Assembly: GCA_049598495.1 (NCBI GenBank)
Contig: JBMYNR010000001.1
Location: 64,001 to 128,000 of the forward strand
Reading direction: 5' to 3'
Origin: Opitutales bacterium
Lineage (GTDB): Bacteria > Verrucomicrobiota > Verrucomicrobiia > Opitutales > Coraliomargaritaceae
Length of the DNA stretch: 64,000 bases
Part shown: positions 52,586 through 64,000 of the stretch, one piece after another
How the letters are laid out: each line of letters opens with the position of its first letter
Numbering within the stretch: the stretch's first letter is position 1
The notes under the pieces: generated by a model
The model's database searches: none
What the model was told of the DNA's origin: nothing
The model's input: only the letters and a program-made list of their open reading frames with translations
Position numbers and translations under genes: made by a program

Positions 52586-54352
52586 TTAACGCTGTTCCTG
52601 GCCGCTTTCGATATCGATGATTTTGAAATTTTCAACGTGGTAGATCGGGTCGGCCCGAAAGGAGAGGCGGGCGCCGTAAGACTGTTCGATTTCGAGTAGA
52701 AGATCTTCGTCTTCATGGCGGAGACGGTCCAGATTGGTCGGGTGGAGGAGGACACGCAGATTGATCTCCTTTTCGTGCCCATCCCGCGCCCGTATGTGCC
52801 GAATCACACTGATCAGGCGGCGTTGAATCTCCACGCTCATCGTGCGCGAACTCTTAACCGATCCGCGTCCATGACAATACGGGCAATCGGTATAGATACC
52901 ACTGGAGTGGCTCTCGGAGTGGCGCTGGCGGGTCATCTGCATGATACCGAGAGTGGAGATCGGGAGAATCTGGTTCTTCGCCTTATCCGTCGCCATCTCT
53001 CGACGCATGCGCGCGAGCACCGCGTTGCGATCCTTCTTCGACTTCATGTCGATAAAGTCGAGGATGATGAGGCCGCCGATGTTGCGCAGACGTACCTGAC
53101 GGGCGATTTCGGTGGCCGCCTCCAGATTGACCTGAAGGATGAAGTCCTTGCCATCCTTGTTCTTATTCTTGTGTGAGCCGGTATTCACGTCGATCGATAT
53201 GAGCGCTTCCGTCTCTTCAATGACAATTTCACCGCCCCCCGGCAAAGGCACGCAGCGCATATAGGTCTGCTCAATCTGGCGCTCGATATTGAAGCGTTCA
53301 AAGACCGGAATATCGTCTGTGAATCGGTGAATCTTCGACTTAGAGCGCGGAGAGATATTGCTTACCTCCTCGATGATGTTGTCGTAGTCGTCCTTCTTGT
53401 CGACCATCACTCGGTCGATTTCCTCGGTCAAAAAATCGCGAACGGTTCGACCCACGATGTCCGGTTCTACGTAAAGACAGGATGGCTTTTTTGTTGATTC
53501 CATGCGCTGATTGATAACCTCCCAGCGCTTGAGAAGGATGTGGAGGTCGCGGATAAAGTAGCGGGCCTTTTTCCCTTCACCGGCGGTGCGGACGATGATG
53601 CCCATGCCTTCGGGCAGGGTGAGGTCACGGAGGATACCTTTCAGGCGTGAGCGCTCTTTCTTGTCCTCGATTTTGCGGGAGATGCCGAGTGTGCCTGTGT
53701 AGGGCATAAGCACAAGGAAACGACCGGGCAGGGCGATATTGGTCGTGGTGCGGGGGCCCTTGGTGCCGATCTGCCCCTTGGTTATCTGGATGACGATTTC
53801 ACTGCCAATCGGATAGAGCTTCGGAATATCTTTGATCGTGATCTTCTCCGCCTCCCGCTTTCGCTGTTTTTCAGACTTGTTGTCGCGGACGATCTCGATC
53901 GAATTATCCTTGGCCGCGGGAAGGATGTCCCAGTAGTGAAGAAAGGCGTTTTTCTCTTCGCCGATATCGACGAAAGCCGCCTTCAGACCCGGTTCAAGAT
54001 TTTGGATCCGGCCTTTAAAAATCGCTCCGACTTCGCGGGCTTCGCCGGTGCGCTCAACCTCGAACTTCTCAAGGACACCGTCCTGCAAAAGGGCGACCCG
54101 TTTTTCGAGAGGTTCCGAGTTGATAATCAACTCGGTGTAGGTCTTCTTCTCAGCCTTGATCGCCTTGACGATGCGGGTAATGAGCGGTTGCGTCTTTTCA
54201 CGCTTGGCTGCGTCATCCTTCAAGGCGCGGGTATTGATGCGCTCGGCCTTTTTTTCTTTGGGTGCAGAGGTGAGCTCTTCTGTGAATTGCTCGTCCCCGG
54301 CGGGTTGGTTTGTAAGAGTTTCTTCGGTTTCAGTTGTGGATTCGTCGTTCAT
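52586..54352 (-). CDS. Ribonuclease E/G family
   Basis: S1 domain (AAFVDIG), [30 protein letters not shown]. Confidence 0.96.
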   Translation of the reverse strand: MNDESTTETEETLTNQPAGDEQFTEELTSAPKEKKAERINTRALKDDAAKREKTQPLITRIVKAIKAEKKTYTELIINSEPLEKRVALLQDGVLEKFEVERTGEAREVGAIFKGRIQNLEPGLKAAFVDIGEEKNAFLHYWDILPAAKDNSIEIVRDNKSEKQRKREAEKITIKDIPKLYPIGSEIVIQITKGQIGTKGPRTTTNIALPGRFLVLMPYTGTLGISRKIEDKKERSRLKGILRDLTLPEGMGIIVRTAGEGKKARYFIRDLHILLKRWEVINQRMESTKKPSCLYVEPDIVGRTVRDFLTEEIDRVMVDKKDDYDNIIEEVSNISPRSKSKIHRFTDDIPVFERFNIERQIEQTYMRCVPLPGGGEIVIEETEALISIDVNTGSHKNKNKDGKDFILQVNLEAATEIARQVRLRNIGGLIILDFIDMKSKKDRNAVLARMRREMATDKAKNQILPISTLGIMQMTRQRHSESHSSGIYTDCPYCHGRGSVKSSRTMSVEIQRRLISVIRHIRARDGHEKEINLRVLLHPTNLDRLRHEDEDLLLEIEQSYGARLSFRADPIYHVENFKIIDIESGQEQR

Positions 54353-54439
54353 TGGTCTTCGTTCCCCTTGGTTGTAGCGGGGCGCCCAAGCTCTGACTGC
54401 TTTGACCGTAGAATCTGTGTGTCGATGGGTCTGTCGGTA

Positions 54440-55693
<1,254 letters not shown>

Positions 55694-55820
55694 GGGTTTT
55701 GCTACGCAAAATAATAACGAATTTTGGAGGACGAATGGCGGACCATTGAAAGATTGTCGTTAAACTGAACTCATCCGACCATCGCGATCATTTATCCGTT
55801 ATTCGTCTCACGTAGCGAGT

Positions 55821-56288
55821 TTAATTGACGTCTCCCAAATAATTGGTCCCGGCATCGAAGTCGCCCTCCTTGAAGAAGGGCTTGATGACTTCAGGCAGGA
55901 AACGGCGTTTATCCAGATCACTCAAATGGATCCACTCGACACCTACCTGTTTCTTGTCGTGCTCGGTTCCCGGGCCTATGCTGTCAGGGTTTGGCAGTTG
56001 GCAGCGAAATACATTCTCCACCTGATGAAAGGCGTGGTGTGAGCTCTGAAACTCGTGGTTCTTGCCGATATATTCGCGAACATAGAGTAGCTCGCCGACC
56101 TCGACTTCGGTCCCTATTTCCTCAAAGCACTCGCGTATGAGACCTTCTCGAAGGGTTTCACCGTGCCGCTGCCCACCTCCTGGCAGGATGTAGAACACGC
56201 CGGTGCGGTCTCGCATCTTAATAGCGAGCAATTTCTGATTCAGTATGATCAGAGCTCGGGCAGCAGTTCGAATGTGGCGCATAGTCAT
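55821..56288 (-). CDS. NUDIX hydrolase
   Basis: [24 protein letters not shown]udix box. Confidence 0.92.
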   Translation of the reverse strand: MTMRHIRTAARALIILNQKLLAIKMRDRTGVFYILPGGGQRHGETLREGLIRECFEEIGTEVEVGELLYVREYIGKNHEFQSSHHAFHQVENVFRCQLPNPDSIGPGTEHDKKQVGVEWIHLSDLDKRRFLPEVIKPFFKEGDFDAGTNYLGDVN

Positions 56289-56411
56289 GGTTGGGTGTGA
56301 GGGAAGGGGAGAATAAAGCGGGTTCAAGTCTCAATCGTAAATGTGCGACAATTTGCTCAACGATTGAAGACAAACTTGAAATATTTTGAATAATCGACAC
56401 CTCCTTTTGTT

Positions 56412-56774
56412 ATGGCAGAGAAATTCGACAGCCTCATCGATGAAAGGATTCGGAGGCAGTTTGTGGATTCGCCCCAGCTACTGGCATTTTTGGAGGCAAA
56501 TTATACCGGTTCCGTGAATGCGGCTGCGCTGAAGGCGCTTCTCCTGAACGCCGATGAGAGTGCCTTCTCGCTGCCCCATTGGGTCGAAGCACTATGCACT
56601 CTCCGCGATTGGTTGAATGCCCGCGGACTAGAAATGTCTCCTGAGGATGAGATTGGATATGTCTCTTGTGCCGTCGAGGCGGCGGGCGCCGGGGCCAATC
56701 TCAGTTATCTTCCGGCACTGGTGGATGAAATGCTGCAGACCTATGGCTGTGAACGCGCAGCGAAGAAGGGTTAA
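56412..56774 (+). CDS. Hypothetical protein (120 aa)
   Basis: Fills the gap with coding-like composition; no motif recognised. Confidence 0.7.
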   Translation: MAEKFDSLIDERIRRQFVDSPQLLAFLEANYTGSVNAAALKALLLNADESAFSLPHWVEALCTLRDWLNARGLEMSPEDEIGYVSCAVEAAGAGANLSYLPALVDEMLQTYGCERAAKKG

Positions 56775-56847
56775 GTCGTTGGGTGGTTGAGTGGGGGAAG
56801 GCTACTGCATTGTCGCCGAACCTGAGACGAAGGACGACTCTGACCTC

Positions 56848-57094
56848 TAACCCGAATATTGCACCAGTTTGTTGCTGTCGTTCTTTATCTTGTTACGGGA
56901 TGGCTACTTGCGAGTTTTCTTCAAAAACTCGTCGTGTCACAAAAGTGACAGCAACAAACTTTGAGTCCAGAAGCGTCCCTGGCTGTGTTCCGAGCGCGTA
57001 ACCCACTTAGTCACGCACTTCAGTGCGCTTCTGCGTGGAACACGGCTCGCGCCTTGCCAAAGCCAATTCTGGATCTCATGCAATAAGCGGGCTA
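56848..57094. mobile_element. ERIC-like MITE, copy 2
   Basis: Same orientation as 14304-14550; single difference at 57030 (T) versus 14486 (C); TA-flanked. Confidence 0.9.
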
Positions 57095-57320
57095 GGCGTA
57101 AATCCCCCCCCCCTCGTATGCGGGGACGTTATCATTCTAGGGTGTTGATGCATAGTCGGGCTGAGTCTGCCACCCTGCATCGAGGGCTCTAAACGCTCGG
57201 CTATTACTGGGAATCACCCGATCCAGAGCCCGACTCAACGACTCAACTTAATATCACTCAACTCCCGTTTGTTCGCAATCCCTGCTTGCCTGAGCGGGTT
57301 TTGCTCATTTGCTCTCACCC

Positions 57321-58580
57321 ATGGCAATTATCCCTCAGCCTCGTTTTCTGGACTACATTACGGCAAAGAATGTTGTGGAGAACTTCGGTTCGCCGGTATA
57401 CATTTACGATCAGAGTATTCTTGAAGCCAATGCCGCTGCAGTCCTCAATTTTCCCAACGCATTCGGCCTAACTGCGCGCTACGCAATGAAGGCGGCTCCC
57501 AATGTCGCGATCCTAAAGCTCTTTGCGGAGCTGGGGCTTCACATCGATGCTTCCTCCGGTCACGAGGTGCATCGAGCCATGGCTGCGGGGATTCCCGCCG
57601 ATAAGATCAGTCTGAGTACGCAGGAGTTACCTGCCGACTTTGGTGCCCTACTGGAAACGGGGATTCGGTTCAACGCATGTTCGCTTACTCAGCTCGAGTG
57701 CTACGGGCAACTCAAGCCCGGAACTGAGGTGGGTGTCCGTTTCAATCCGGGCGCCGGCTCGGGGGGTAACAATCGGACGAATGTGGGGGGGCCTTCGTCA
57801 AGCTTCGGAATTTGGCACGAGTGGGTGCCGAAGGTGAAGGCACTTCTCGAAACCTATAAACTGACGGCGGTTCGTATTCATACCCATATTGGTTCGGGGA
57901 GTGATCCTGAGGTCTGGCTCAAGGTAGCTAATATGAATTTTGATTTGGTTCGCCAGTTCCCCGACGTCACCACGCTTAACCTTGGTGGCGGTTATAAGGT
58001 GGGCCGGATGCCGGATGAAGTCTCTACGGATCTCCAGATTGTCGGCCAGCCTGTGAAAGATAAGTTTAAGGAGTTTGCTGCAGAGACCGGTCGCGAGATC
58101 CGACTTGAGGTTGAGCCGGGGACCTTCCTGGTCGCCAACGCATGTGCGCTCCTTTCCCAGGTTCAGGATATCGTTTCCACGGGTACGGAGGGATATGAGT
58201 TCATTAAACTCGATACCGGTATGACCGAGTTGCTGCGCCCTTCGATTTACGGTGCGCAGCATCCCATCAGTCTTTTGAATGACCGCCCGAGTGATGTGGC
58301 CAAGGACTATGTCGTTGTCGGACATTGCTGTGAATCGGGGGATATTCTGACACCCGCACCGGGTGATCCTGAACTACTGGCAACGCGTTGGCTGCCCGAA
58401 GCACAGATCGGTGACCTTTGTGTGATCGATGGTTCCGGTGCCTATGCGTCGTCGATGACTCCCAAGCACTACAACTCCTATCCCGAGGCGGCCGAGGTGA
58501 TGCTCGATAAAGCGAAGACGCCTCGACTGATCCGTCGCCGTCAGAAACTTGAGGACATCTGGGCCAACGAGGTCGGCTGA
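57321..58580 (+). CDS. lysA: Diaminopimelate decarboxylase
   Basis: YAMKA PLP lysine, HIGSG, NLGGG, EPG, CCESGD, GAY. Confidence 0.93.
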   Translation: MAIIPQPRFLDYITAKNVVENFGSPVYIYDQSILEANAAAVLNFPNAFGLTARYAMKAAPNVAILKLFAELGLHIDASSGHEVHRAMAAGIPADKISLSTQELPADFGALLETGIRFNACSLTQLECYGQLKPGTEVGVRFNPGAGSGGNNRTNVGGPSSSFGIWHEWVPKVKALLETYKLTAVRIHTHIGSGSDPEVWLKVANMNFDLVRQFPDVTTLNLGGGYKVGRMPDEVSTDLQIVGQPVKDKFKEFAAETGREIRLEVEPGTFLVANACALLSQVQDIVSTGTEGYEFIKLDTGMTELLRPSIYGAQHPISLLNDRPSDVAKDYVVVGHCCESGDILTPAPGDPELLATRWLPEAQIGDLCVIDGSGAYASSMTPKHYNSYPEAAEVMLDKAKTPRLIRRRQKLEDIWANEVG

Positions 58581-58590
58581 ACTTTAACGT

Positions 58591-59040
58591 TCAATATTCG
58601 ACATTTCTCTGTTCCTCTTCGAAGGATAGATCATCGCAATCCTCGGGTCGGTTAGCGTGTAGCTCATCGGGTAAGCAGAAATAGTAGACCATGAGCCAAA
58701 GACTCCAGCACCATCGGTAGAGGAAGATGGGGAGAAGCAGGGTGCCTGGGAGACTGATTGCGAGTGCGAGCTCTAGCGGTATGATCTCGCTAAACCCGAG
58801 TAGAAGCACTGGTGTGAGGTAGGCAAAGACGACGAGTCCATAATTCATGCAGACCGGTCCGAGGTAGAAACCGTCGCCCCGTTCCAAGGTCATCCCGCAA
58901 AATGGGCATCGGTGGTGAATTTTGAGCAGAGTTTGAAACAGCTTCGACTGGCCGCAGTTGGGGCATCTACAGTGCAGTCCGCGGTGGATGATATTACGGC
59001 GATGGACCTTCGGTAGCGGGCGTAGGGCGTGGTCATTCAT
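58591..59040 (-). CDS. DUF983-family protein
   Basis: RCPNCG...CPFCG zinc ribbon followed by two TM helices. Confidence 0.8.
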   Translation of the reverse strand: MNDHALRPLPKVHRRNIIHRGLHCRCPNCGQSKLFQTLLKIHHRCPFCGMTLERGDGFYLGPVCMNYGLVVFAYLTPVLLLGFSEIIPLELALAISLPGTLLLPIFLYRWCWSLWLMVYYFCLPDELHANRPEDCDDLSFEEEQRNVEY

Positions 59041-59740
59041 CCAGAAAAAAGCGTTGGAAATTATCTCCGATTCGACGGGTCAGGGATTCGAGCGTTTCGC
59101 CGCGCAGGTTTGCTGCCATGGCATAGCCTGCCCTCAAGAAACCTTCGTAATCAATGCCATCTTCAAGGTAGTTCGGTGCGTCGGTCTCGATCAGTAGACG
59201 CTCTTCAGGCACTGCTTTGAGGGCTATAGGTGCTTTCTTCGCCTTGCCGTCGAGTTGTCCGGCATGAAAGGAGAAATAGGCACCAAAATCTGTGAACTGC
59301 CGAACTTGCTCGGCGGATCCGCCATAGGCGTGCAAATGAAAACCACGGGCGGGAAGAGGGCCTTGCGCCAAAATATGGAGCAACGGCTCGGTTGCTTTTA
59401 TGCAGTGGATGGATATAGGTAGATTCCGTTCGGTTGCGAATGATAGTTGCCATTGGAAGGCCTCGATCTGCGTCTCCATAGCGGAATTACAACGCCCGTC
59501 CAAGCCGACTTCCCCGATTGCGTCTGCGCTCTCGAGTATTTCCAGAAACCGAGCCTGCCAGTTTTTGGGGGCCGATGCGACTTTCCATGGGTGTAGTCCG
59601 ATCGCCGCTCCGGCCATCGAACTCGCCTTTGCTTCTTCGATGACCGAGGCCCAATCTTCCGGTGCCGTCCCGTTGATGACACAAGCCTTCTGGTTTCCAT
59701 TTGTAACCGATAAGTGCCTATGTGCGTCAAATAGCTGCAT
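59033..59740 (-). CDS. TatD-family hydrolase
   Basis: DAHRH, GLHPW, IGEVGLD, SIHC, LIETDAP. Confidence 0.92.
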   Translation of the reverse strand: MQLFDAHRHLSVTNGNQKACVINGTAPEDWASVIEEAKASSMAGAAIGLHPWKVASAPKNWQARFLEILESADAIGEVGLDGRCNSAMETQIEAFQWQLSFATERNLPISIHCIKATEPLLHILAQGPLPARGFHLHAYGGSAEQVRQFTDFGAYFSFHAGQLDGKAKKAPIALKAVPEERLLIETDAPNYLEDGIDYEGFLRAGYAMAANLRGETLESLTRRIGDNFQRFFLDE

Positions 59741-59870
59741 ACGCTTAAAATTTAACCACATTGGAAACGAAAAACACCAGAGAAGAATAATTTTTTATCC
59801 TCATAATCCGGGACATTCGCGGGTAAATATACGTCACGCTGGCTCCCATTCACCATGCACTCCGAGGTTA

Positions 59871-59932
59871 GTGGAGTCGAGGAGCAGGAACCGCGATACG
59901 AGATCAAGACGGCTTCTGCTCCTTGACTCTAC
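59871..59932. repeat. GTAG-type inverted repeat downstream of sufE
   Basis: GTGGAGTCGAGGAGCAGGAACCG ... CGGCTTCTGCTCCTTGACTCTAC. Confidence 0.7.
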
Positions 59933-59939
59933 TTCGAGT

Positions 59940-60359
59940 TTACGAGCCCGCGAGGCAGGACTGTGCGAAGCGCTGGATGGATTCCACAATACGGCTGAGG
60001 CCGTTACGACGGTTGGGAGAGAGGTGCTGGGTGATACCGACTTCGCCGAGAAACGCCGCATCGGTGCCTACGATCTCTTTCGGCGTGGCTTCGCTGTAGA
60101 AATCGCAAAGCAGGCTGGCGATTCCCTTAACAATTGCCGAATCAGAGTCGGATAGAAAGAAGCAGTGTCCGTCACGAAACTCGGGCACGACCCAAAGCTG
60201 TGACATACAGCCTTCGATTTTGAAGCTGTCGATGCGCAGGTCCTCTGGAAGACCTTCGGCCTTCTTGCCGCGGTCGACGATATAGCCCAGACGCTCATAC
60301 GGATCGGGGATGAGTGTCATCTCTTCAACGAGAGCGTTCTTTTTGCTTTCCAAACTCAT
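59940..60359 (-). CDS. sufE: SufE family sulfur-acceptor protein
   Basis: IEGCMSQLW, DSDSAIVKG, LSPNRRNGL. Confidence 0.93.
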   Translation of the reverse strand: MSLESKKNALVEEMTLIPDPYERLGYIVDRGKKAEGLPEDLRIDSFKIEGCMSQLWVVPEFRDGHCFFLSDSDSAIVKGIASLLCDFYSEATPKEIVGTDAAFLGEVGITQHLSPNRRNGLSRIVESIQRFAQSCLAGS

Positions 60360-60469
60360 AGCGAATGTGGATTAGAGCGTAGAAAGCGAAGTTTAGAAGT
60401 CAAAAATCCCATGCATTATACACCCTCTACGGTCGCCATACAGCGAGGGATTCCGAGGTCTTTCCCGGA

Positions 60470-61207
60470 CTATTCCGGGACTTTTACATCATAAATATAG
60501 CCGACGCCATGAACCGTGCGGAAGGCGTCCAGCGTCAAGTTATGGCGTTTGTAGAGCTCGCGAATCTTGACGATATATTGGTCGAGCGATCGGCTACGAA
60601 CATCCGCGTGGATGCCCCAGATGGAGTGGATCAGATTCTTGCGCGTGAGCACGGCGTTGGGGTGGTCTGCGAGATAGACAATGATTCCCAGCTCTTTACG
60701 GCCAACCTTCTCGGTCTCACCGTTGGGGAAGGTGAGTTCAAGCCGCTGCGGATTCACCTCTGCACCGCAGAAATGAAAGGGTTCATCTATAATCGAGGCG
60801 TTCTGTGTGATATGACTGTCTTGTGCCGTCTCGGCGCGGCGGAGTACTGCGTTGATTCTGGCGATTAGCTCGGGAAACCCAAAGGGTTTGGTGATATAGT
60901 CGTCACCACCCATCTCAAGCGCCCGCACCTTTTTCACTTCGTCATTCTCCCCGGTTAGGAAGATAACGGGGGTGCTGTCCCCGTTTTTCCGCAGGGTTTT
61001 CATTAACTGAAAACCAGTTTCGTCCGGAAGGTAGACATCGAGCAGAAGTAAATTGGCAAAGTTATTCTTAAGAAAGCGGGCTACATGGCCGGCCTCGTGG
61101 CAGATTTGGCTGTGCATGCCTGCGAGCTCAAGCTGTGTTTCGATCAGTGTGGCGAGGTCTTTATCGTCCTCGGCAATCAGGATGAGTGGTTTTGGGTTCT
61201 GGCTCAT
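60470..61207 (-). CDS. OmpR-family response regulator
   Basis: AEDD, LLLLDVYLP, GGDDYITKPF, winged helix (RTVHGVGY); start at 61207, 5 nt after the bcp stop. Confidence 0.93.
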   Translation of the reverse strand: MSQNPKPLILIAEDDKDLATLIETQLELAGMHSQICHEAGHVARFLKNNFANLLLLDVYLPDETGFQLMKTLRKNGDSTPVIFLTGENDEVKKVRALEMGGDDYITKPFGFPELIARINAVLRRAETAQDSHITQNASIIDEPFHFCGAEVNPQRLELTFPNGETEKVGRKELGIIVYLADHPNAVLTRKNLIHSIWGIHADVRSRSLDQYIVKIRELYKRHNLTLDAFRTVHGVGYIYDVKVPE

Positions 61208-61212
61208 GATGT

Positions 61213-61704
61213 TTAGGAAGCGGCGGGCAGGCCTGATGGGTCGGAGAGGTCGGAGAGAACTTCTGCAGGGTGCGCGTCGGGCTTCACCTTGAGGTAGGTT
61301 TTTAGGATCCTGCCATCGGCATGGATCAGGAAAGACATGCGGTGGATGCCGTCGTAGACCCGCCCCATAAACTTTTTCTCGCCCCAGACGCCGTAGGCTT
61401 GGCATAGCTCTAGTTCTGTGTCGGCGATTAGGGGAAAGGGGAGGGAGTATTTCTCCCGGAACTTCTCATGCGAGCGTTCATCGTCCTTGCTTACGCCGAT
61501 AACCTGAATGCCTGCTTTCTGATACTCGGCCCATGCGTCTCGAAGGCCGCAGGCCTGTTTTGTGCAGCCCGGCGTGTCATCCTTGGGGTAAAAATAGAGC
61601 AGGCAGGGCCCCTTCAGGTCCCCCAGTGAGAGGAGTTTGCCGTCTTTGAAAAACCGGAAATCTGGGGCATTTTGTCCTGGTTTAAGTGGTGTCGGCTGGC
61701 CCAT
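61213..61704 (-). CDS. bcp: Peroxiredoxin Bcp/PrxQ
   Basis: YFYPKDDTPGCTKQAC. Confidence 0.95.
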   Translation of the reverse strand: MGQPTPLKPGQNAPDFRFFKDGKLLSLGDLKGPCLLYFYPKDDTPGCTKQACGLRDAWAEYQKAGIQVIGVSKDDERSHEKFREKYSLPFPLIADTELELCQAYGVWGEKKFMGRVYDGIHRMSFLIHADGRILKTYLKVKPDAHPAEVLSDLSDPSGLPAAS

Positions 61705-61854
61705 GAATGCTCGTCTCTACTGAGAATGAATGTGATAAATTAACTTTTCTCGATTTATTTATGTAAATTAAATTTCTCTAACGAGCTTAAAGACAACTGC
61801 AATTTGTAAAATTTATACTTGTGCCTATTTGCTTGAGCGACAGCGTTTGCCGCC

Positions 61855-62736
61855 ATGGAAGATACGCCATTACTCATGCTCGGTTTGCCTAAGGGCAGCC
61901 TTCAAGACCCTACGATTAAGCTTTTTGGCAAGGCGGGCTTCAATATTTCTGTGAGCTCTCGTTCTTACCGCCCGTCGATTGATGATGAGGAGCTTGATGG
62001 CCGCTTCGTGCGTGCCCAGGAGGTAAGTCGCTATGTCGAGCATGGCTACTTTGACTGCGGATTGACGGGTCAGGATTGGGTCTGTGAGAACGATTCAGAT
62101 GTCGTCGAAGTATGCGATCTTGTCTACAGTCGTGCGTCTAACAAGCGTTCCAAGTGGATCATTGCTGTGCCGGAAGCTTCGCCTGTGCAGACCGTCAAAG
62201 ATCTGGAGGGTAAGCGAATCGCTACGGAGGTCGTCAATATCACGGGCCGGTATCTGAAGGAAAACGGGGTCAATGCTGAGGTGGAGTTCTCTTGGGGAGC
62301 GACTGAGGTCAAGGTGCCCGACTTGGTCGATGCCATTGTTGACCTGACTGAAACCGGCAACTCTATCCGCGCCAATAAACTGCGGATTGTGGACACGCTC
62401 CTTTACACGAACACTGTTTTGATTGCGAACAAAGCGTCTTGGGAGAATCCGGAGAAGCGCAAGAAGATCGAAAAGATCGCGCTACTGCTTCAATCCGCAC
62501 TTGAGGCCAACAGCAAGGTGGGTCTCAAGCTCAATATCAAAAAGTCAAAGCTCGAGGGTATTCTTGAGGATCTTCCGGCGCTACGTAACCCGACGATCAA
62601 CCGTCTGACGGACGAGAACTGGGTCGCGATCGATACGATTCTCGACGAAAAAGTTGTCCGCGAGATCATTCCCGAACTCAAAGCGCGCGGCGCAGAGGGT
62701 ATCATAGAGTATCCGCTCAATAAGGTGGTGTTCTAA
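61855..62736 (+). CDS. hisG: ATP phosphoribosyltransferase (long form)
   Basis: [31 protein letters not shown]-terminal regulatory domain. Confidence 0.96.
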   Translation: MEDTPLLMLGLPKGSLQDPTIKLFGKAGFNISVSSRSYRPSIDDEELDGRFVRAQEVSRYVEHGYFDCGLTGQDWVCENDSDVVEVCDLVYSRASNKRSKWIIAVPEASPVQTVKDLEGKRIATEVVNITGRYLKENGVNAEVEFSWGATEVKVPDLVDAIVDLTETGNSIRANKLRIVDTLLYTNTVLIANKASWENPEKRKKIEKIALLLQSALEANSKVGLKLNIKKSKLEGILEDLPALRNPTINRLTDENWVAIDTILDEKVVREIIPELKARGAEGIIEYPLNKVVF

Positions 62737-62822
62737 GGAAGAAGTTATATGGCCAGGCACTCTGTTGCTGTTAAAGAGTGGCTAGACGGATATACGTCTT
62801 AACAGAGTGAGGCGGCTACATT

Positions 62823-63716
62823 ATGATGCAGTCTACCAGTCAAATTTGCGAAGGCTCAGTTCGCATCGCTCTGATTCAGGGGCGAGAGCACGGCAGCTCT
62901 GCTGCCGATTTGGATGCCACGATTGCGCGGATTCGTGAAGCCGCAGCTGCGGGTGCCAAAATCATCTGCACTCAGGAGTTGTTTAACACAGCTTACTTTT
63001 GCCGCACGCAGAACACGGCTTGCTTTGATCTGGCCGAGTCGGTGCCGGGCCCCACGACGGATGCGCTTGCTGCGGTGGCACGGGAACTTGGAGTGGTGGT
63101 GATCGCGGCGCTGTTCGAGCGGCGGGCGTCAGGTGTCTATCACAATACGGCGGCAGTGATCGATGCAGACGGCAGCTACCTCGGGAAATACCGCAAAATG
63201 CACATTCCGCAGGATCCGGGGTTTGAAGAAAAGTTCTACTTCACTCCGGGCGACCTTGGCTACAAGGTCTGGGACACGCAATACGGTAAGATATCGGTTC
63301 TTATTTGCTGGGATCAATGGTATCCTGAGGCCGCCCGGATGGCGGCGCTCGCCGGTGCCGAGATTATTTTTTATCCCACGGCGATCGGCTGGTTACCTGA
63401 GGAAAAGGAGACATTGGGTGCGGCTCAGCATATCGCCTGGGAAAGCGTGCAACGTGGCCACGCCGTTGCGAACGGTTGTTATGTTGCGGCAGTCAACCGA
63501 GTGGGTGTCGAGGGGGATACGGAGTTCTGGGGGCAGAGTTTCGTGGCTGATTTCTATGGGCAGATCATCGAGCGGGCACCGGTCGATGCGGAGCATCTCC
63601 TGCTCGCCGACTGTGACCTGAAGGCACTTGAGGAGACGCGCCGGATTTGGCCTTTTTTTCGTGATCGTCGGATCGGTAGCTATGAGGGTATTTCCAAGCG
63701 GATGCTGGACGAGTAG
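62823..63716 (+). CDS. aguB: N-carbamoylputrescine amidase (nitrilase family)
   Basis: QELF, YRKMHIP, EKFYFTPGDLG, ICWDQWYPE, YPTAIGW; followed by aguA. Confidence 0.9.
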   Translation: MMQSTSQICEGSVRIALIQGREHGSSAADLDATIARIREAAAAGAKIICTQELFNTAYFCRTQNTACFDLAESVPGPTTDALAAVARELGVVVIAALFERRASGVYHNTAAVIDADGSYLGKYRKMHIPQDPGFEEKFYFTPGDLGYKVWDTQYGKISVLICWDQWYPEAARMAALAGAEIIFYPTAIGWLPEEKETLGAAQHIAWESVQRGHAVANGCYVAAVNRVGVEGDTEFWGQSFVADFYGQIIERAPVDAEHLLLADCDLKALEETRRIWPFFRDRRIGSYEGISKRMLDE

Positions 63717-63768
63717 AACCAAAGTTCGATGTTGAGCCTTGGATGGTCAACGTTCATACATTAAACGA

Positions 63769-64000
63769 ATGTCTCCAACTAGGACACCGAAACAACTTGG
63801 TTATCGCTTTCCTGCCGAGTGGGAACTGCAGGAGGCAGTCTGGTTCGCTTGGCCGGTTCGTGAGACGCTTTGGCCGGATTGTCTCGACCGGGTTCGTGAA
63901 CGTCTTGTCGAGTTATATCTTCAGGCGGCCGTATTTCAGAAGGTTCGTATCCTATGCCCCAGTTATGAGCAGGAATCGCTTCGTCAGTTGATGATCGCCC
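63769..64000 (+). CDS. aguA: Agmatine deiminase family protein, N-terminal part; runs off window edge
   Basis: Not in the ORF track. Manual translation gives MSPTRTPKQLGYRFPAEWELQEAVWFAWP, with the PAEW...W.AWP signature. Confidence 0.88.
   Translation, partial: MSPTRTPKQLGYRFPAEWELQEAVWFAWPVRETLWPDCLDRVRERLVELYLQAAVFQKVRILCPSYEQESLRQLMIA

Noticed and set aside
57095..57320. Possible lysine riboswitch upstream of lysA, and a C10 tract at 57104-57113
   Set aside because: No lysine-riboswitch motifs recognised; the predicted promoter abuts the start codon, so the tract lies well upstream
59753..59856. Short minus-strand ORF MVNGSQRDVYLP... next to a REP, considered as a RAYT remnant
   Set aside because: No HUH or other RAYT motif visible; too short to support
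61208..61405. 66-aa extension of the response regulator overlapping bcp
   Set aside because: The receiver domain starts at 61207, just after the bcp stop
63743..63991. 82-aa ORF in the track at the right edge
   Set aside because: Wrong frame; the real gene is aguA starting at 63769

Overview
A mostly housekeeping 64-kb bacterial chromosome segment. Gene style and content suggest Verrucomicrobiota (Opitutales, Coraliomargarita/Puniceicoccaceae-like); this is an inference, not a database result. It holds a TetR-controlled RND efflux operon (truncated at the left edge), a GnnA-like dehydrogenase with lpxB, rpsP-trmD-rplS, mdh, DAHP synthase, ygfZ, HU, leuCD, an ExbB/ExbD-type pair and a type II secretion cluster (gspG-H-I-J-K-L-M-D-C-like, no gspE/F here). 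Further on are tsaE/thiL/xth, der, polA, a CCA-type enzyme, NAD kinase, fabG-acpP-fabF, hisH, gltA, an AT-richer metR-metE pair, namZ, RNase E/G, rodA, lysA, sufE, bcp, hisG and aguB-aguA (truncated at the right edge). I saw no rRNA, tRNA, CRISPR array, prophage or intact transposase, and I cannot claim a new multi-gene system. The best leads are non-coding or sub-genic. (1) About 15 operon-leading genes have a TTG -35-like hexamer 35-38 nt before the start codon, implying widespread leaderless mRNAs, often with -10 boxes lacking the usual A. (2) Two near-identical 247-bp ERIC-like MITEs are present, and an empty site in the same window shows a TA duplication. (3) GTAG-type REP doublets sit in frame inside the N-terminal leaders of two T2SS proteins. 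(4) A two-gene cassette is bracketed by ~155-bp inverted repeats. (5) A vapBC module appears collapsed into an antitoxin-toxin fusion remnant.
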